From assembly GCA_014376805.1 (NCBI GenBank), contig JACMQU010000178.1, forward strand, positions 69,181 to 133,180: DNA of 64,000 nt, in the 5' to 3' direction. The notes under the pieces were generated by a model that saw nothing but the letters and a program-made list of their open reading frames with translations, did not search any database and was not told where the DNA came from. Position numbers and translations under genes: made by a program. The stretch comes from Bacteroidia bacterium. Lineage in GTDB: Bacteria > Bacteroidota > Bacteroidia > UKL13-3. This document shows, piece by piece, positions 1 to 9,602 of the stretch. The first letter of the stretch is position 1. Every line of letters starts with the position of its first letter.

Positions 1-727
1 ACTACCACCTAAAATGGAACAGGTTGTTTATTGTGAGATGCCGGAAGAACAGAAAGAATCTTATGAAAAAGTTAAATCATATTACCGCAATGAAATTATA
101 AAAGCTATACGCGATTTAGGTGTAAATAAATCGCATTTTACCTTGTTACAAGGCTTAACTAAGCTAAGGCAGATTGCTAATCATCCATTACTCACCAATC
201 CGGATTATACAGGTGAAAGTGGCAAGTTTAATGAGGTTACCTATATGGCGCAAACAGCCCTGGCAGAAGGACATAAAGTTTTGATGTTCTCCCAATTTGT
301 TTCGCAACTGGAGATATATCGCAAATGGTTTGAATCTCAAAATATTAATTATTGTTACCTTGATGGTTCAATGACTAATGAAGCACGACAACAAATGGTT
401 AATAAATTTCAGGATGGCCAAGCACCCTTTTTTCTTATCTCTTTAAAGGCAGGTGGGTTCGGATTAAACCTCACAAAAGCTGATTATGTATTTATGATTG
501 ATCCCTGGTGGAATCCTGCTGTGGAAAGACAGGCAATTGACAGGGCACACCGGATAGGACAAACACAGAACGTTTTTATTTATAAGTTTATAACCAGAGA
601 TAGTGTGGAAGAAAAAATACTTGCTTTGCAGGAAAAGAAAAAATTGTTAGCGGATAATATTATTGAGACTGATGAATCGCTGATAAAACAAATTGATGTA
701 GAAGGTATAATGGATTTATTAAACTAA
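1..727 (+). CDS. SNF2-family helicase, C-terminal helicase domain (5' end outside the window)
   Basis: The frame is open from the window edge to a stop at 725-727. Helicase C motifs are present (LMFSQF, LISLKAGGFGLNLTKADYVFMIDPWWNPAVERQAIDRAHRIGQT). The ORF track shows only an internal Met at 14. Confidence 0.8.
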   Translation, partial: LPPKMEQVVYCEMPEEQKESYEKVKSYYRNEIIKAIRDLGVNKSHFTLLQGLTKLRQIANHPLLTNPDYTGESGKFNEVTYMAQTALAEGHKVLMFSQFVSQLEIYRKWFESQNINYCYLDGSMTNEARQQMVNKFQDGQAPFFLISLKAGGFGLNLTKADYVFMIDPWWNPAVERQAIDRAHRIGQTQNVFIYKFITRDSVEEKILALQEKKKLLADNIIETDESLIKQIDVEGIMDLLN

Positions 728-787
728 AGGTTCGCAAAAATTTATTAAAAAAACAACTATAAATAATATTTTCAAAGCATAGACAAG

Positions 788-2329
788 ATGATGAAAAAAC
801 GGGAAGAACTTTTAAAGTTAAGAGATGAGGCAAAGTTAGGTGGCGGAATCGAGCGAATTGCTTCACAACATAAAAAAGGCAAATTAACGGCTTGGGAGCG
901 CATTTATTTTTTAATGGATGAAGGAAGCTTTGAAGAGATAGGTGCATTTGTGCAGCACCGAAGCAATGATTTTGGAATGGAGAAACAAAAGGTTTTAGGT
1001 GATGGTGTTGTAACAGGTTATGGCACTATTAACGGACGATTAACCTATGTTTTTTCGCAGGATTTTACGGTATTCGGTGGCTCCTTATCTGAAACACATG
1101 CAGAGAAAATATGTAAGCTGATGGATCTGGCAGTGAAAACCGGTGCACCCATTATTGGTTTAAACGATAGTGGTGGTGCACGCATTCAGGAAGGCGTGGT
1201 ATCCTTAGGGGGGTATGCAGATATTTTTTATCGCAATACATTAGCTTCCGGTGTTATTCCCCAGTTATCTGTTATCATGGGGCCATGCGCTGGTGGTGCA
1301 GTTTATAGTCCGGCCATTACAGATTATATTCTTATGGTTGAACACAGCAGTTATATGTTTGTTACAGGACCCAATGTAGTAAAAACAGTAACACATGAAG
1401 AAGTTAGCAGCGAAGATCTGGGAGGCGCATCGGTACATTCGGCTAAAAGTGGTGTTGCACATTTTACTGCACCCAATGAAATAGAAAGTATACAGCAGCT
1501 AAAAAAACTGATGAGTTATGTACCGCAAAACTGTGAAGAAAAAGTGCCTGCCATAGCATACGAACAAGCTGAAGAATTGCGGATAAAACTTGCAGATATT
1601 ATTCCTGTAAATGCGAATCAACCGTATGATATTAGGGAGGTGATTACCGAGGTTGCTGATGAAGAAAGTTTTTTTGAAGTGCATAAAAACTTTGCAGAAA
1701 ACATTGTTGTAGGATTTGCACGACTTGCCGGTAAAAGTATTGGAATTGTTGCCAATCAACCTGCCTTCTTAGCAGGAGTGCTCGATATTCGTTCTTCTCA
1801 AAAAGCAGCAAGGTTTGTAAGATTTTGCGATTGCTTTAATATACCATTACTGGTATTTGAAGATGTACCTGGTTTTTTGCCTGGAACCGATCAGGAGTGG
1901 AATGCAATTATAACCAATGGGGCTAAATTATTATATGCATTTTGTGAAGCAACTGTTCCAAGAATAACTGTAATAACAAGGAAAGCTTATGGCGGGGCTT
2001 ATGATGTAATGAATAGTAAACATATAGGTGCCGATATGAACTTTGCCTGGCCTACTGCAGAAATTGCTGTAATGGGTGCAAAAGGTGCAGCTGAAATTAT
2101 TTTTAAGCGTGAAATTGATAAGGCTGATGATAGGACAGCAGCAGTTGCTGCCAAAGAAGCAGAATATGCAGGCATGTTTGCTAATCCTTACAGAGCTGCT
2201 GAAAGAGGTTTTATAGATGAAGTTATTTTGCCTGAAGAAACAAGAATTAAACTGATAAAAGCGTTTAAGATGCTTGAAAATAAAGTAGCAAATTTGCCCC
2301 GCAAAAAACACGGAAATATTCCTTTGTAA
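788..2329 (+). CDS. acyl-CoA carboxylase carboxyltransferase beta subunit (propionyl-CoA carboxylase beta / methylmalonyl-CoA decarboxylase alpha family)
   Basis: 513 aa with carboxyltransferase N and C halves. Motifs: [49 protein letters not shown]. Confidence 0.9.
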   Translation: MMKKREELLKLRDEAKLGGGIERIASQHKKGKLTAWERIYFLMDEGSFEEIGAFVQHRSNDFGMEKQKVLGDGVVTGYGTINGRLTYVFSQDFTVFGGSLSETHAEKICKLMDLAVKTGAPIIGLNDSGGARIQEGVVSLGGYADIFYRNTLASGVIPQLSVIMGPCAGGAVYSPAITDYILMVEHSSYMFVTGPNVVKTVTHEEVSSEDLGGASVHSAKSGVAHFTAPNEIESIQQLKKLMSYVPQNCEEKVPAIAYEQAEELRIKLADIIPVNANQPYDIREVITEVADEESFFEVHKNFAENIVVGFARLAGKSIGIVANQPAFLAGVLDIRSSQKAARFVRFCDCFNIPLLVFEDVPGFLPGTDQEWNAIITNGAKLLYAFCEATVPRITVITRKAYGGAYDVMNSKHIGADMNFAWPTAEIAVMGAKGAAEIIFKREIDKADDRTAAVAAKEAEYAGMFANPYRAAERGFIDEVILPEETRIKLIKAFKMLENKVANLPRKKHGNIPL

Positions 2330-2348
2330 AAATTATAAGTTAAATGTT

Positions 2349-3950
2349 ATGAATAATAAACAGGTATCTCAATTTGCAATAATTTTACTTTTATTCTTGG
2401 GTTTTTTCTCCCAGAAGTTGTTGGCTCAAACCGAAAAAAAATTAGCATCGACAATTACGCATGTCACTGTTTTTAGAAGTCAGGCGCAGGTTGAACGCAA
2501 TGCTAAAGTAAGCCTGGATGAAGGTTATTATACCCTTGTATTTGAAGGTATTTCTCCAAACCTTATTGCCAATAGCATAGAGGCAGAAGCGTTGAGTGGA
2601 ATTACCATTTTATCTATATCAACTCAGAATGATTATTTAAAAGTTGATCAAAAGCCAAAATTAATAATGGAGATGGAAGATTCTATTGAGCGGTTGAATG
2701 AACACCTGTCTGCCATAAAAGCTGATAAAGAATCTATCGCTTTGCAAAAAGATGTATTGATAGCAAACAAATATGTTGGCGGTACGGCTCAGGGAGTTAA
2801 AGCGGATGAGCTGGAAGATGTTTTGGCTATTTATCAAAAAAAGCTGATCGAATTTAAACATGAAATGATAACACTTCATAAACTGGAAAAAGAGTACACC
2901 GGCATCCTTCAAAAATTGCAACTTCAACTGGAGGAATATAATCAAGGAACCTTAAATTTAAATAACCAGATTCTGGTAAATGTAAAAGTGGAAAGAGCTG
3001 TTAGCAATGTGGAAGTTAAAATAAATTACCTTGCTAACGGGGTTAGCTGGCAGCCTTTTTATGACATAAGAGTTAAAGATACGAAGTCGCCGGTACAGTT
3101 TTTATTGAAAGCCAATATCCAGCAAAATACCGGCGAAAGCTGGAAAAATGTTACGCTGAAACTTACTACTGCTAATCCTTTAGAAGGCGGCTCTAAACCT
3201 CAGCTTACCACAAATTTTATAAATTTTGTTGAGCCTGAAATAAAAAAACAGGAAGCACAAAGAAGGAATAAAAGTATGCAGCCTGCAACTATGAACTTTG
3301 ATGCAGCAAGTAGTATGGCCGAATTTGTAAGCGTTTCGCAGAATATGATTAACACAGTATTTGAAATTAATACACCTTATACTATTCCGTCAGATAACAA
3401 GTTTCACCAGGTAGATCTTACTACATTTTCCCAGGCAGCCATTTATGCACATGCGGCTGTACCTAAAATTGTACCCGGAGTATTTGTAACCGCTCAGGTT
3501 CTGGCCAATGATTTAATAAATCAGATTGAAGCAGAAGCAAATGTTTATTTTGAAGGGACCTATACTGGTAAAACAATGATATCTGCTTCGGGAACTGATA
3601 CCTTACTGTTAACCTTAGGGGTAGATAAAAGAATAACAACTGAACGTATTAAGGTTAAAGAAATGAGTGCAAAATCTTTTTTCGGTACAACAAAAAAAGA
3701 AAGTAGTGCCTATGAAATCAGCGTTAAAAACAGTACTAATGAGGCAATAGATTTAATCATTGAAGACCAGGTTCCGATGTCTGCCAATAAAGAAATAGAA
3801 ATAAAAACCAATGTAAGTGATGGCGGCTCGGTTAACAAAGAAACAGGTTTAATAAAATGGAATTTAAAATTGCAGCCACAACAAAGTATAAAACTAAGAT
3901 TTTCTTTTGAAGTTATTTCTCCCTCAGATAAAAAAATATCAGCCTATTAA
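2349..3950 (+). CDS. secreted DUF4140/DUF4139 (MuiA-like) protein with central coiled coil
   Basis: Signal peptide (FAIILLLFLGFFSQKLLAQ). N-terminal TVFRSQAQVER block and a heptad-rich middle. Overall resemblance to the conserved 'mucoidy inhibitor A-like' hypothetical family. Confidence 0.55.
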   Translation: MNNKQVSQFAIILLLFLGFFSQKLLAQTEKKLASTITHVTVFRSQAQVERNAKVSLDEGYYTLVFEGISPNLIANSIEAEALSGITILSISTQNDYLKVDQKPKLIMEMEDSIERLNEHLSAIKADKESIALQKDVLIANKYVGGTAQGVKADELEDVLAIYQKKLIEFKHEMITLHKLEKEYTGILQKLQLQLEEYNQGTLNLNNQILVNVKVERAVSNVEVKINYLANGVSWQPFYDIRVKDTKSPVQFLLKANIQQNTGESWKNVTLKLTTANPLEGGSKPQLTTNFINFVEPEIKKQEAQRRNKSMQPATMNFDAASSMAEFVSVSQNMINTVFEINTPYTIPSDNKFHQVDLTTFSQAAIYAHAAVPKIVPGVFVTAQVLANDLINQIEAEANVYFEGTYTGKTMISASGTDTLLLTLGVDKRITTERIKVKEMSAKSFFGTTKKESSAYEISVKNSTNEAIDLIIEDQVPMSANKEIEIKTNVSDGGSVNKETGLIKWNLKLQPQQSIKLRFSFEVISPSDKKISAY

Positions 3951-4010
3951 AATTTAATTTTAAACCTGAAATAGGTGACAATTTATTTAATTTGAATAAG
4001 CAATTAATGT

Positions 4011-4442
4011 ATGAAAAAGCAATTATCCGTATTACTCATCCTAAGTGTATTTTGCACACTTTGTTCATTCGCACAATTAAGTGGCACTTTAGATAAAATG
4101 GCAAAACAAGGCTCTGCAAATTTGAGTAATGCCACTAATGAAGCTACTCAATCTGCCTTAAATAAACTAGAGATTCAGTTAAAAAATCAATTTCATCTTG
4201 AGGCAGTTAAAGCTGAAATAACCGGAGAGTCTTTAAAATTGAAAGTAGCTGAATCAGACCTTTCAAAATCATCTGCCGTAACCCGCACCAAGCAAGGAAC
4301 TGCCATTGCACTGGCTGCTAAAAACATTTTATTAAACGGTGATATAGATCTTAAAAAAATGAATGTAAACACGGTACTCGTAGAAATATTTAAGAATATT
4401 AATTTAAAAGAAATCATTGATACGATTCGGGTAAAATTATAA
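4011..4442 (+). CDS. small secreted hypothetical protein
   Basis: 143 aa with signal peptide (LLILSVFCTLCSFAQ). Low-complexity, Ala/Lys-rich. No recognisable domain. Confidence 0.45.
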   Translation: MKKQLSVLLILSVFCTLCSFAQLSGTLDKMAKQGSANLSNATNEATQSALNKLEIQLKNQFHLEAVKAEITGESLKLKVAESDLSKSSAVTRTKQGTAIALAAKNILLNGDIDLKKMNVNTVLVEIFKNINLKEIIDTIRVKL

Positions 4443-4468
4443 AAGGCAAATTCGATATTGTTACGTTT

Positions 4469-5983
4469 TTGTTATTAAATTATATGGGTATAAAATCTTT
4501 TTTAGTTAAACCTTTTGCCTGGTATATCCGCAATAAGATTATAAAAGAAAGCAGACTCGCAATTAAACACCAGCAAAAATGGTTAAAAAAAATAATTGAT
4601 AAAAGTTCTTCTACACGCTTTGGCCTCGAACATTATTTTAATAAAATAAAAAGTTATGATGATTATAAAAAGGCGGTACCTGTTAGTGATTACGAAGGAT
4701 TAAGGGAGTATATAGAAGCTGCCTTAAACGGTGAAGAAAATGTATTATGGCCAGGCAAACCATTATATTGGGCAAAAACATCTGGTACTACATCTGGGGT
4801 TAAATATATTCCGATAACAAAAGATTCTATATCTTATCATATCAATTCGGCTCGTAACGCGCTGTTATGTTATATTAATGAAACAGGGAATGCAGATTTT
4901 TTAAATGGAAAACTTATTTTTCTTTCCGGTAGTCCGGTAATGGATAAAAAGAATGGTGTTTTTACCGGCAGGTTAAGTGGCATTGTTAACCACCATATTC
5001 CTTCCTATTTAAGGAGCAATCAAATGCCTACATACACAACTAATTGTATGGAAGACTGGGAACTGAAAGTAGAAAAAATTACAGATGAAACTATCAGGGA
5101 GAATATGACCCTGATTAGCGGCATCCCGCCTTGGGTTCAAATGTACTTTGATAAAATAACATCGCTTACCGGAAAGCAAATAAAAGACGTTTTTCCTAAC
5201 TTTAATCTCTTTGTTTATGGTGGGGTAAACTTTGAGCCTTATAGAGCAAAACTGGAACAAAGCATTGGTAAAAAAATTGATACTATTGAAACTTACCCGG
5301 CATCTGAAGGATTTATTGCCATGCAGGATTCACAAAGTGAAAAAGGCTTGTTGTTATTAACCAATAATGGCATTTTTTATGAGTTCATTCCTGTAGATGA
5401 ATTTTATAAAAATCAGCCCTTGCGGATTTCATTAAAGGATATAAAGTTAAATGTAAATTATGTATTAATTTTAAATACCAATGCAGGTTTATACGGGTAT
5501 AACATCGGAGATACGGTGAGGTTTATTTCTATAAATCCTTATCGCATTTTAGTTACCGGTAGGATCAAACATTTTATTTCTGCTTTTGGTGAACATGTAA
5601 TTAGTGAAGAGGTAGAAGAAGCCATTGCAGGAGTGGCATTAACATATGGTGTTCAGATTATAGAATTTACGGTTGCGCCTATGGTTAGCCCGCCCGAAGG
5701 TGGATTGCCTTATCATGAATGGTTTGTTTCTTTTGCTTTCCCTCCGGAAAATTTAAGTCGGTTTTCTGCTGATGTTGATAGGGCTTTACAACAAAAAAAC
5801 ATTTATTATAAAGATTTAATTAATGGGGCTATTTTAAAGCCACTTATTATACGCGTGCTGAACCCAACTGCTTTTATTGATTATATGAAAAACGAAGGAA
5901 AATTGGGCGGTCAAAATAAAGTTCCGCGGTTAAGTAATGATAGAAAAATTGCAGAAAAACTTGTAAAATTTATTAAAGATTAA
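4469..5983 (+). CDS. GH3 family acyl-adenylate-forming enzyme (GH3 auxin-responsive promoter family protein)
   Basis: 504 aa. WAKTSGTTSGVKYIPIT resembles the GH3/ANL adenylation motif. Length and architecture are typical of bacteroidetal GH3 homologs. Confidence 0.7.
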   Translation: MLLNYMGIKSFLVKPFAWYIRNKIIKESRLAIKHQQKWLKKIIDKSSSTRFGLEHYFNKIKSYDDYKKAVPVSDYEGLREYIEAALNGEENVLWPGKPLYWAKTSGTTSGVKYIPITKDSISYHINSARNALLCYINETGNADFLNGKLIFLSGSPVMDKKNGVFTGRLSGIVNHHIPSYLRSNQMPTYTTNCMEDWELKVEKITDETIRENMTLISGIPPWVQMYFDKITSLTGKQIKDVFPNFNLFVYGGVNFEPYRAKLEQSIGKKIDTIETYPASEGFIAMQDSQSEKGLLLLTNNGIFYEFIPVDEFYKNQPLRISLKDIKLNVNYVLILNTNAGLYGYNIGDTVRFISINPYRILVTGRIKHFISAFGEHVISEEVEEAIAGVALTYGVQIIEFTVAPMVSPPEGGLPYHEWFVSFAFPPENLSRFSADVDRALQQKNIYYKDLINGAILKPLIIRVLNPTAFIDYMKNEGKLGGQNKVPRLSNDRKIAEKLVKFIKD

Positions 5984-6366
5984 AATTAAATACAGTTAAC
6001 AGGATTTTTTTTTACATGGATATTTTGCTGTTTTCTGAGAGATTTTAAAGGGCTCTTAACAGAATAAATTTAAGTGAGTTTAAGATGCTTCTGAAAATTA
6101 TTTTTCGTGTAATATTACCCGTTCTTTAATAAGTATGGAACGAGCTTTTGAAGTTAAAATTGCAATTATGTGAACTATCTTACAACTAATAAAATTAATG
6201 AACAATAATTTAGTGCTATCCTTAAATACAGAATCGGCGGAAGATAAATAGGATGAACAATTTAAAATTGATTTGATGCCATTAAAATGCTGATCCAACA
6301 AGAAATGAAGCGAAGGAAATTGATTGAGTTCATCAAAGAAAAGGTATAACTTGTGCCCGGATTAAA

Positions 6367-7542
6367 TTGTATAAATATTGTTATCAGACAATAATGAAAA
6401 AAAAAATAGCCATATTAGGAAGTACAGGCAGCATAGGAACTCAAGCACTGCAAATAGTGAAGGAACAATCTGATAAACTTGAAATAGAGTTGCTCACGGC
6501 TAACTGCAATGCCGAACTTTTAATTACCCAGGCTATAGCTTTTAAACCAAACCATGTAGTAATTGTTGATGAGGCGCAGTACACTAAAGTAAAAGAGGCA
6601 CTTGATCCCCATGATATAAAAGTATTTACGGGAAGTAAAGCTATTGAAGAATTGATGGAGATAACTTCTGCCGATACAGTACTTACGGCTATGGTAGGTT
6701 ATAGTGGGTTAAAGCCAACCATTAAAGCTATAGAAAATAAAAAGAAAATAGCACTTGCCAATAAGGAGACACTGGTTGTTGCCGGAGAACTTATTTCTGC
6801 TTTATGTATAGCAAATAAAGTAGATATTATCCCGGTAGATTCAGAACATTCTGCTATCTTTCAATGTCTTATAGGAGAAGATCAGAACGCAATTGATAAA
6901 GTTATTCTTACGGCATCGGGTGGTCCGTTCAGGGGTAGAAAAAGAGACGAACTTGCCCATGTTACAAAAGCCGATGCACTTAAGCATCCCAACTGGAATA
7001 TGGGTGCCAAAATTACTATCGATTCTGCAAGTATGATAAATAAGGGTTTTGAGGTTATTGAAGCCAAATGGTTATTCGGTTTGACCCAAAAGCAAATTGA
7101 AGTGGTGGTACATCCGCAATCTATTATACACAGCATGGTTGAATTTACAGATGGGAGTATAAAAGCCCAAATGGGTTTACCTGATATGAAACTACCTATT
7201 CATTACGCATTCTTTTTCCCTGAAAGAACAAATTCATCTTTTAAAAGAATGTCGTTTAAAGAAATTAAAACCCTCACTTTTGAAGAGCCTGATCTGGAAA
7301 CCTTTAGAAATTTGGCACTTGCTTATCATGCAATGGATAAAGGAGGAAATCTTGCCTGTATTTTAAATGCTGCTAATGAAATAGCGGTACAAGCTTTTTT
7401 AAAGGATAAGATAAGTTTCCTGAAAATAGCTGAACTTAATGAAAACTGCATGGCAAAAGTTAAATTCATTGCCAGCCCTACTTTATTTGATTATGTGGAA
7501 ACTGATTTGGAAACCAGAAGAATTGCACAGGGTTTATTGTAA
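6367..7542 (+). CDS. dxr: 1-deoxy-D-xylulose 5-phosphate reductoisomerase
   Basis: KKIAILGSTGSIGTQAL NADPH-binding motif, LANKETLV, and a DXR C-terminal region. The true start is probably the Met at 6394 (MKKKIAIL). Confidence 0.9.
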   Translation: MYKYCYQTIMKKKIAILGSTGSIGTQALQIVKEQSDKLEIELLTANCNAELLITQAIAFKPNHVVIVDEAQYTKVKEALDPHDIKVFTGSKAIEELMEITSADTVLTAMVGYSGLKPTIKAIENKKKIALANKETLVVAGELISALCIANKVDIIPVDSEHSAIFQCLIGEDQNAIDKVILTASGGPFRGRKRDELAHVTKADALKHPNWNMGAKITIDSASMINKGFEVIEAKWLFGLTQKQIEVVVHPQSIIHSMVEFTDGSIKAQMGLPDMKLPIHYAFFFPERTNSSFKRMSFKEIKTLTFEEPDLETFRNLALAYHAMDKGGNLACILNAANEIAVQAFLKDKISFLKIAELNENCMAKVKFIASPTLFDYVETDLETRRIAQGLL

Positions 7543-7607
7543 TATTTGATTATTTTTGCGGCACTATTTTAAAATTATCAAAACAACTTAAAACATTAGA
7601 AGTATAA

Positions 7608-8930
7608 ATGCAGGCACTTATTATGGCAGCCCAGTTAATTTTGGGCATCTCTATTTTAGTTATATTACATGAATTTGGTCATTACCTCGCAGCAAGAGCC
7701 TTTGGGATTAAAGTTGAAAAATTTTACCTTTTTTTTGATGCCTGGGGCGTAAAATTGTTTTCTTTTAAACGCGGTGATACAGAATGGGGGATAGGCTGGC
7801 TGCCTTTAGGCGGTTATGTGAAGATAGCCGGTATGATTGATGAAAGCATGGACAAAGAAGCCATGAAACTGCCCCCTCAATCATGGGAATTCAGAAGTAA
7901 ACCAGCGTGGCAGCGGTTAATTGTAATGATTGCCGGTGTGGTGGTGAATATTATTGCAGGTGTTATAATTTTTGCCATGATGAGTTACACGTATGGAGAA
8001 AAATATACGTTAAATAGTTCAGTTACCAATGGCATTGTTCCTTCAGAAATGGCTAAAGAAATTGGATTTGAGCTAGGCGATAAACTAATTAGTGTTAATG
8101 GCAAACAAATAACCCGCTTTGAAGATGCTTTAAAAATTGAGCATGTATTGGGTGAGGATGTTAGTTATCTGGTGGAACGCAATAGTAAAAAAGTTGAGGT
8201 AAAATTACCAAATGATTTTATAAAGAAGTTTAGTAATGCCAAAGCAGATTTTTTTCTTCCACGCATGCACTTTTATATTCATGAACTTGTTCCGGGTAAT
8301 AATGCAGAAAGAGCCGGTTTAAAAGTAAATGATGTAATAACAAAAGTAGATACCCAAAGCTTTATGTATTTTGATCAGTTTCAGCAATTACTGAAAGATC
8401 ATGCAGGTAAAGAAACAGACTTTACGGTGTTAAGAGATAACAACCTTGTGGTATTAAATGTGAAAGTGGATGAGACTGGCAGAGTAGGATTTAAGCCGGA
8501 TACCAAAGACTTTCAATATGAAATTGTACATTATAGTTTTTTAAGTTCTTTTCCGGCTGGTTGGAATAAAGCTGTTGAAACAATAGACGCCCAGATTAAA
8601 GGTTGGGCCAAAATTTTTAAAGGCGATATTGCAGTTAACAAAGCTGTTCAGGGCCCCATTGGAATTGCTAAATTTTATGGTGGAGAATGGATCTGGAGCA
8701 GGTTCTGGTTGTTTACGGCACTTATTTCTTTAGGACTTGCATTTATGAATATCCTTCCAATTCCTGCGCTCGATGGTGGACATGTTTTATTCCTGCTTTT
8801 CGAAATGGTATTGGGGCGACCGCTTAGTGAGAAATTTTTGGAGCGCGCGCAATATGCCGGAATGATGTTATTGCTAACTATGATGGTATTGATTTTTGGT
8901 AATGATATCTGGGGCCTTTTTGTTAAATAG
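7608..8930 (+). CDS. rseP: RIP site-2 metalloprotease RseP
   Basis: HEFGHYLAARAFG zinc motif, a PDZ-like middle region, a C-terminal LDGGH motif, and multiple TM segments. Sits next to dxr as in many bacteria. Confidence 0.85.
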   Translation: MQALIMAAQLILGISILVILHEFGHYLAARAFGIKVEKFYLFFDAWGVKLFSFKRGDTEWGIGWLPLGGYVKIAGMIDESMDKEAMKLPPQSWEFRSKPAWQRLIVMIAGVVVNIIAGVIIFAMMSYTYGEKYTLNSSVTNGIVPSEMAKEIGFELGDKLISVNGKQITRFEDALKIEHVLGEDVSYLVERNSKKVEVKLPNDFIKKFSNAKADFFLPRMHFYIHELVPGNNAERAGLKVNDVITKVDTQSFMYFDQFQQLLKDHAGKETDFTVLRDNNLVVLNVKVDETGRVGFKPDTKDFQYEIVHYSFLSSFPAGWNKAVETIDAQIKGWAKIFKGDIAVNKAVQGPIGIAKFYGGEWIWSRFWLFTALISLGLAFMNILPIPALDGGHVLFLLFEMVLGRPLSEKFLERAQYAGMMLLLTMMVLIFGNDIWGLFVK

Positions 8931-8932
8931 AT

Positions 8933-9496
8933 TTATTGTTTTTGAACCTTTTTATGTATTTCGCAGGTTAACAAGTGATCGTTTACCATACCTGAAGCCT
9001 GCATAAAAGCGTAGCAAATGGTGGATCCTACAAATGTAAATCCCCTTTTCTTCATGTCTTTACTCATGGCATCACTTTCACTGGATGTTGCTGGTACTTC
9101 CGTTGCATTATTCCATTTATTAAGGATGGGCTTTCCTCCCACAAATTGCCAGATGTATTTTTCAAAACTGCCAAATTCTTTTTGAACCAGTAAAAAAGCT
9201 CTGGCATTTTTAACTGTGCCGTATATTTTAAGTCTATTTCTGATAATACCAGCATCTAGCATAAGTCCATCCAGTTTTTTTTCGCTAAATTTTGAAATCT
9301 TAACTGGATCAAACCCTGCAAAAGTTTTGCGGAAATTTTCACGCTTGTACAAAATTGTTTTCCAGCTTAATCCTGCCTGGAATGTATCCAATATCAGAAA
9401 TTCAAAAAGTTTTAAATCTTCATACAATGGGGTGCCCCATTCTAGGTCATGATAAATAATCATTAGCGGGTCATTTTGGGTCCAGTTGCAGCGCAT
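8933..9496 (-). CDS. tag: DNA-3-methyladenine glycosylase I
   Basis: 187 aa. YHDLEWGTP, LILDTFQAGLSWKTIL and a C-terminal CxxH region typical of Tag. Confidence 0.85.
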   Translation of the reverse strand: MRCNWTQNDPLMIIYHDLEWGTPLYEDLKLFEFLILDTFQAGLSWKTILYKRENFRKTFAGFDPVKISKFSEKKLDGLMLDAGIIRNRLKIYGTVKNARAFLLVQKEFGSFEKYIWQFVGGKPILNKWNNATEVPATSSESDAMSKDMKKRGFTFVGSTICYAFMQASGMVNDHLLTCEIHKKVQKQ

Positions 9497-9602
9497 ATAA
9501 TGTAATTTTAAGTAATTAATAAAATTCTATGCAGATATACAAGTGGAGAACTAATTTTTATTTAAAGCAATAGGCGTTTACTTTTGTCTCAAATTTCCAT
9601 TT

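Noticed and set aside
660-947. 95-aa minus-strand ORF overlapping the SNF2 gene end and the carboxyltransferase start
   Set aside because: It lies antisense to two well-supported genes, has low-complexity Leu/Phe/Cys-rich composition and no motif. Typical spurious AT-rich antisense ORF. The same reasoning applies to the other short antisense ORFs in the track (e.g. 1265..1462, 1499..1759, 1931..2311, 2661..2945, 9064..9255, 13489..13965, 16021..16410, 19046..19588, 21062..22285, 24834..25624, 31226..31852, 55184..55708, 58011..59912).
6098-6301. 67-aa minus-strand ORF inside the GH3-dxr intergenic region
   Set aside because: Low-complexity, no motif, no upstream partner, and it sits in AT-rich spacer. 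Judged a chance ORF.
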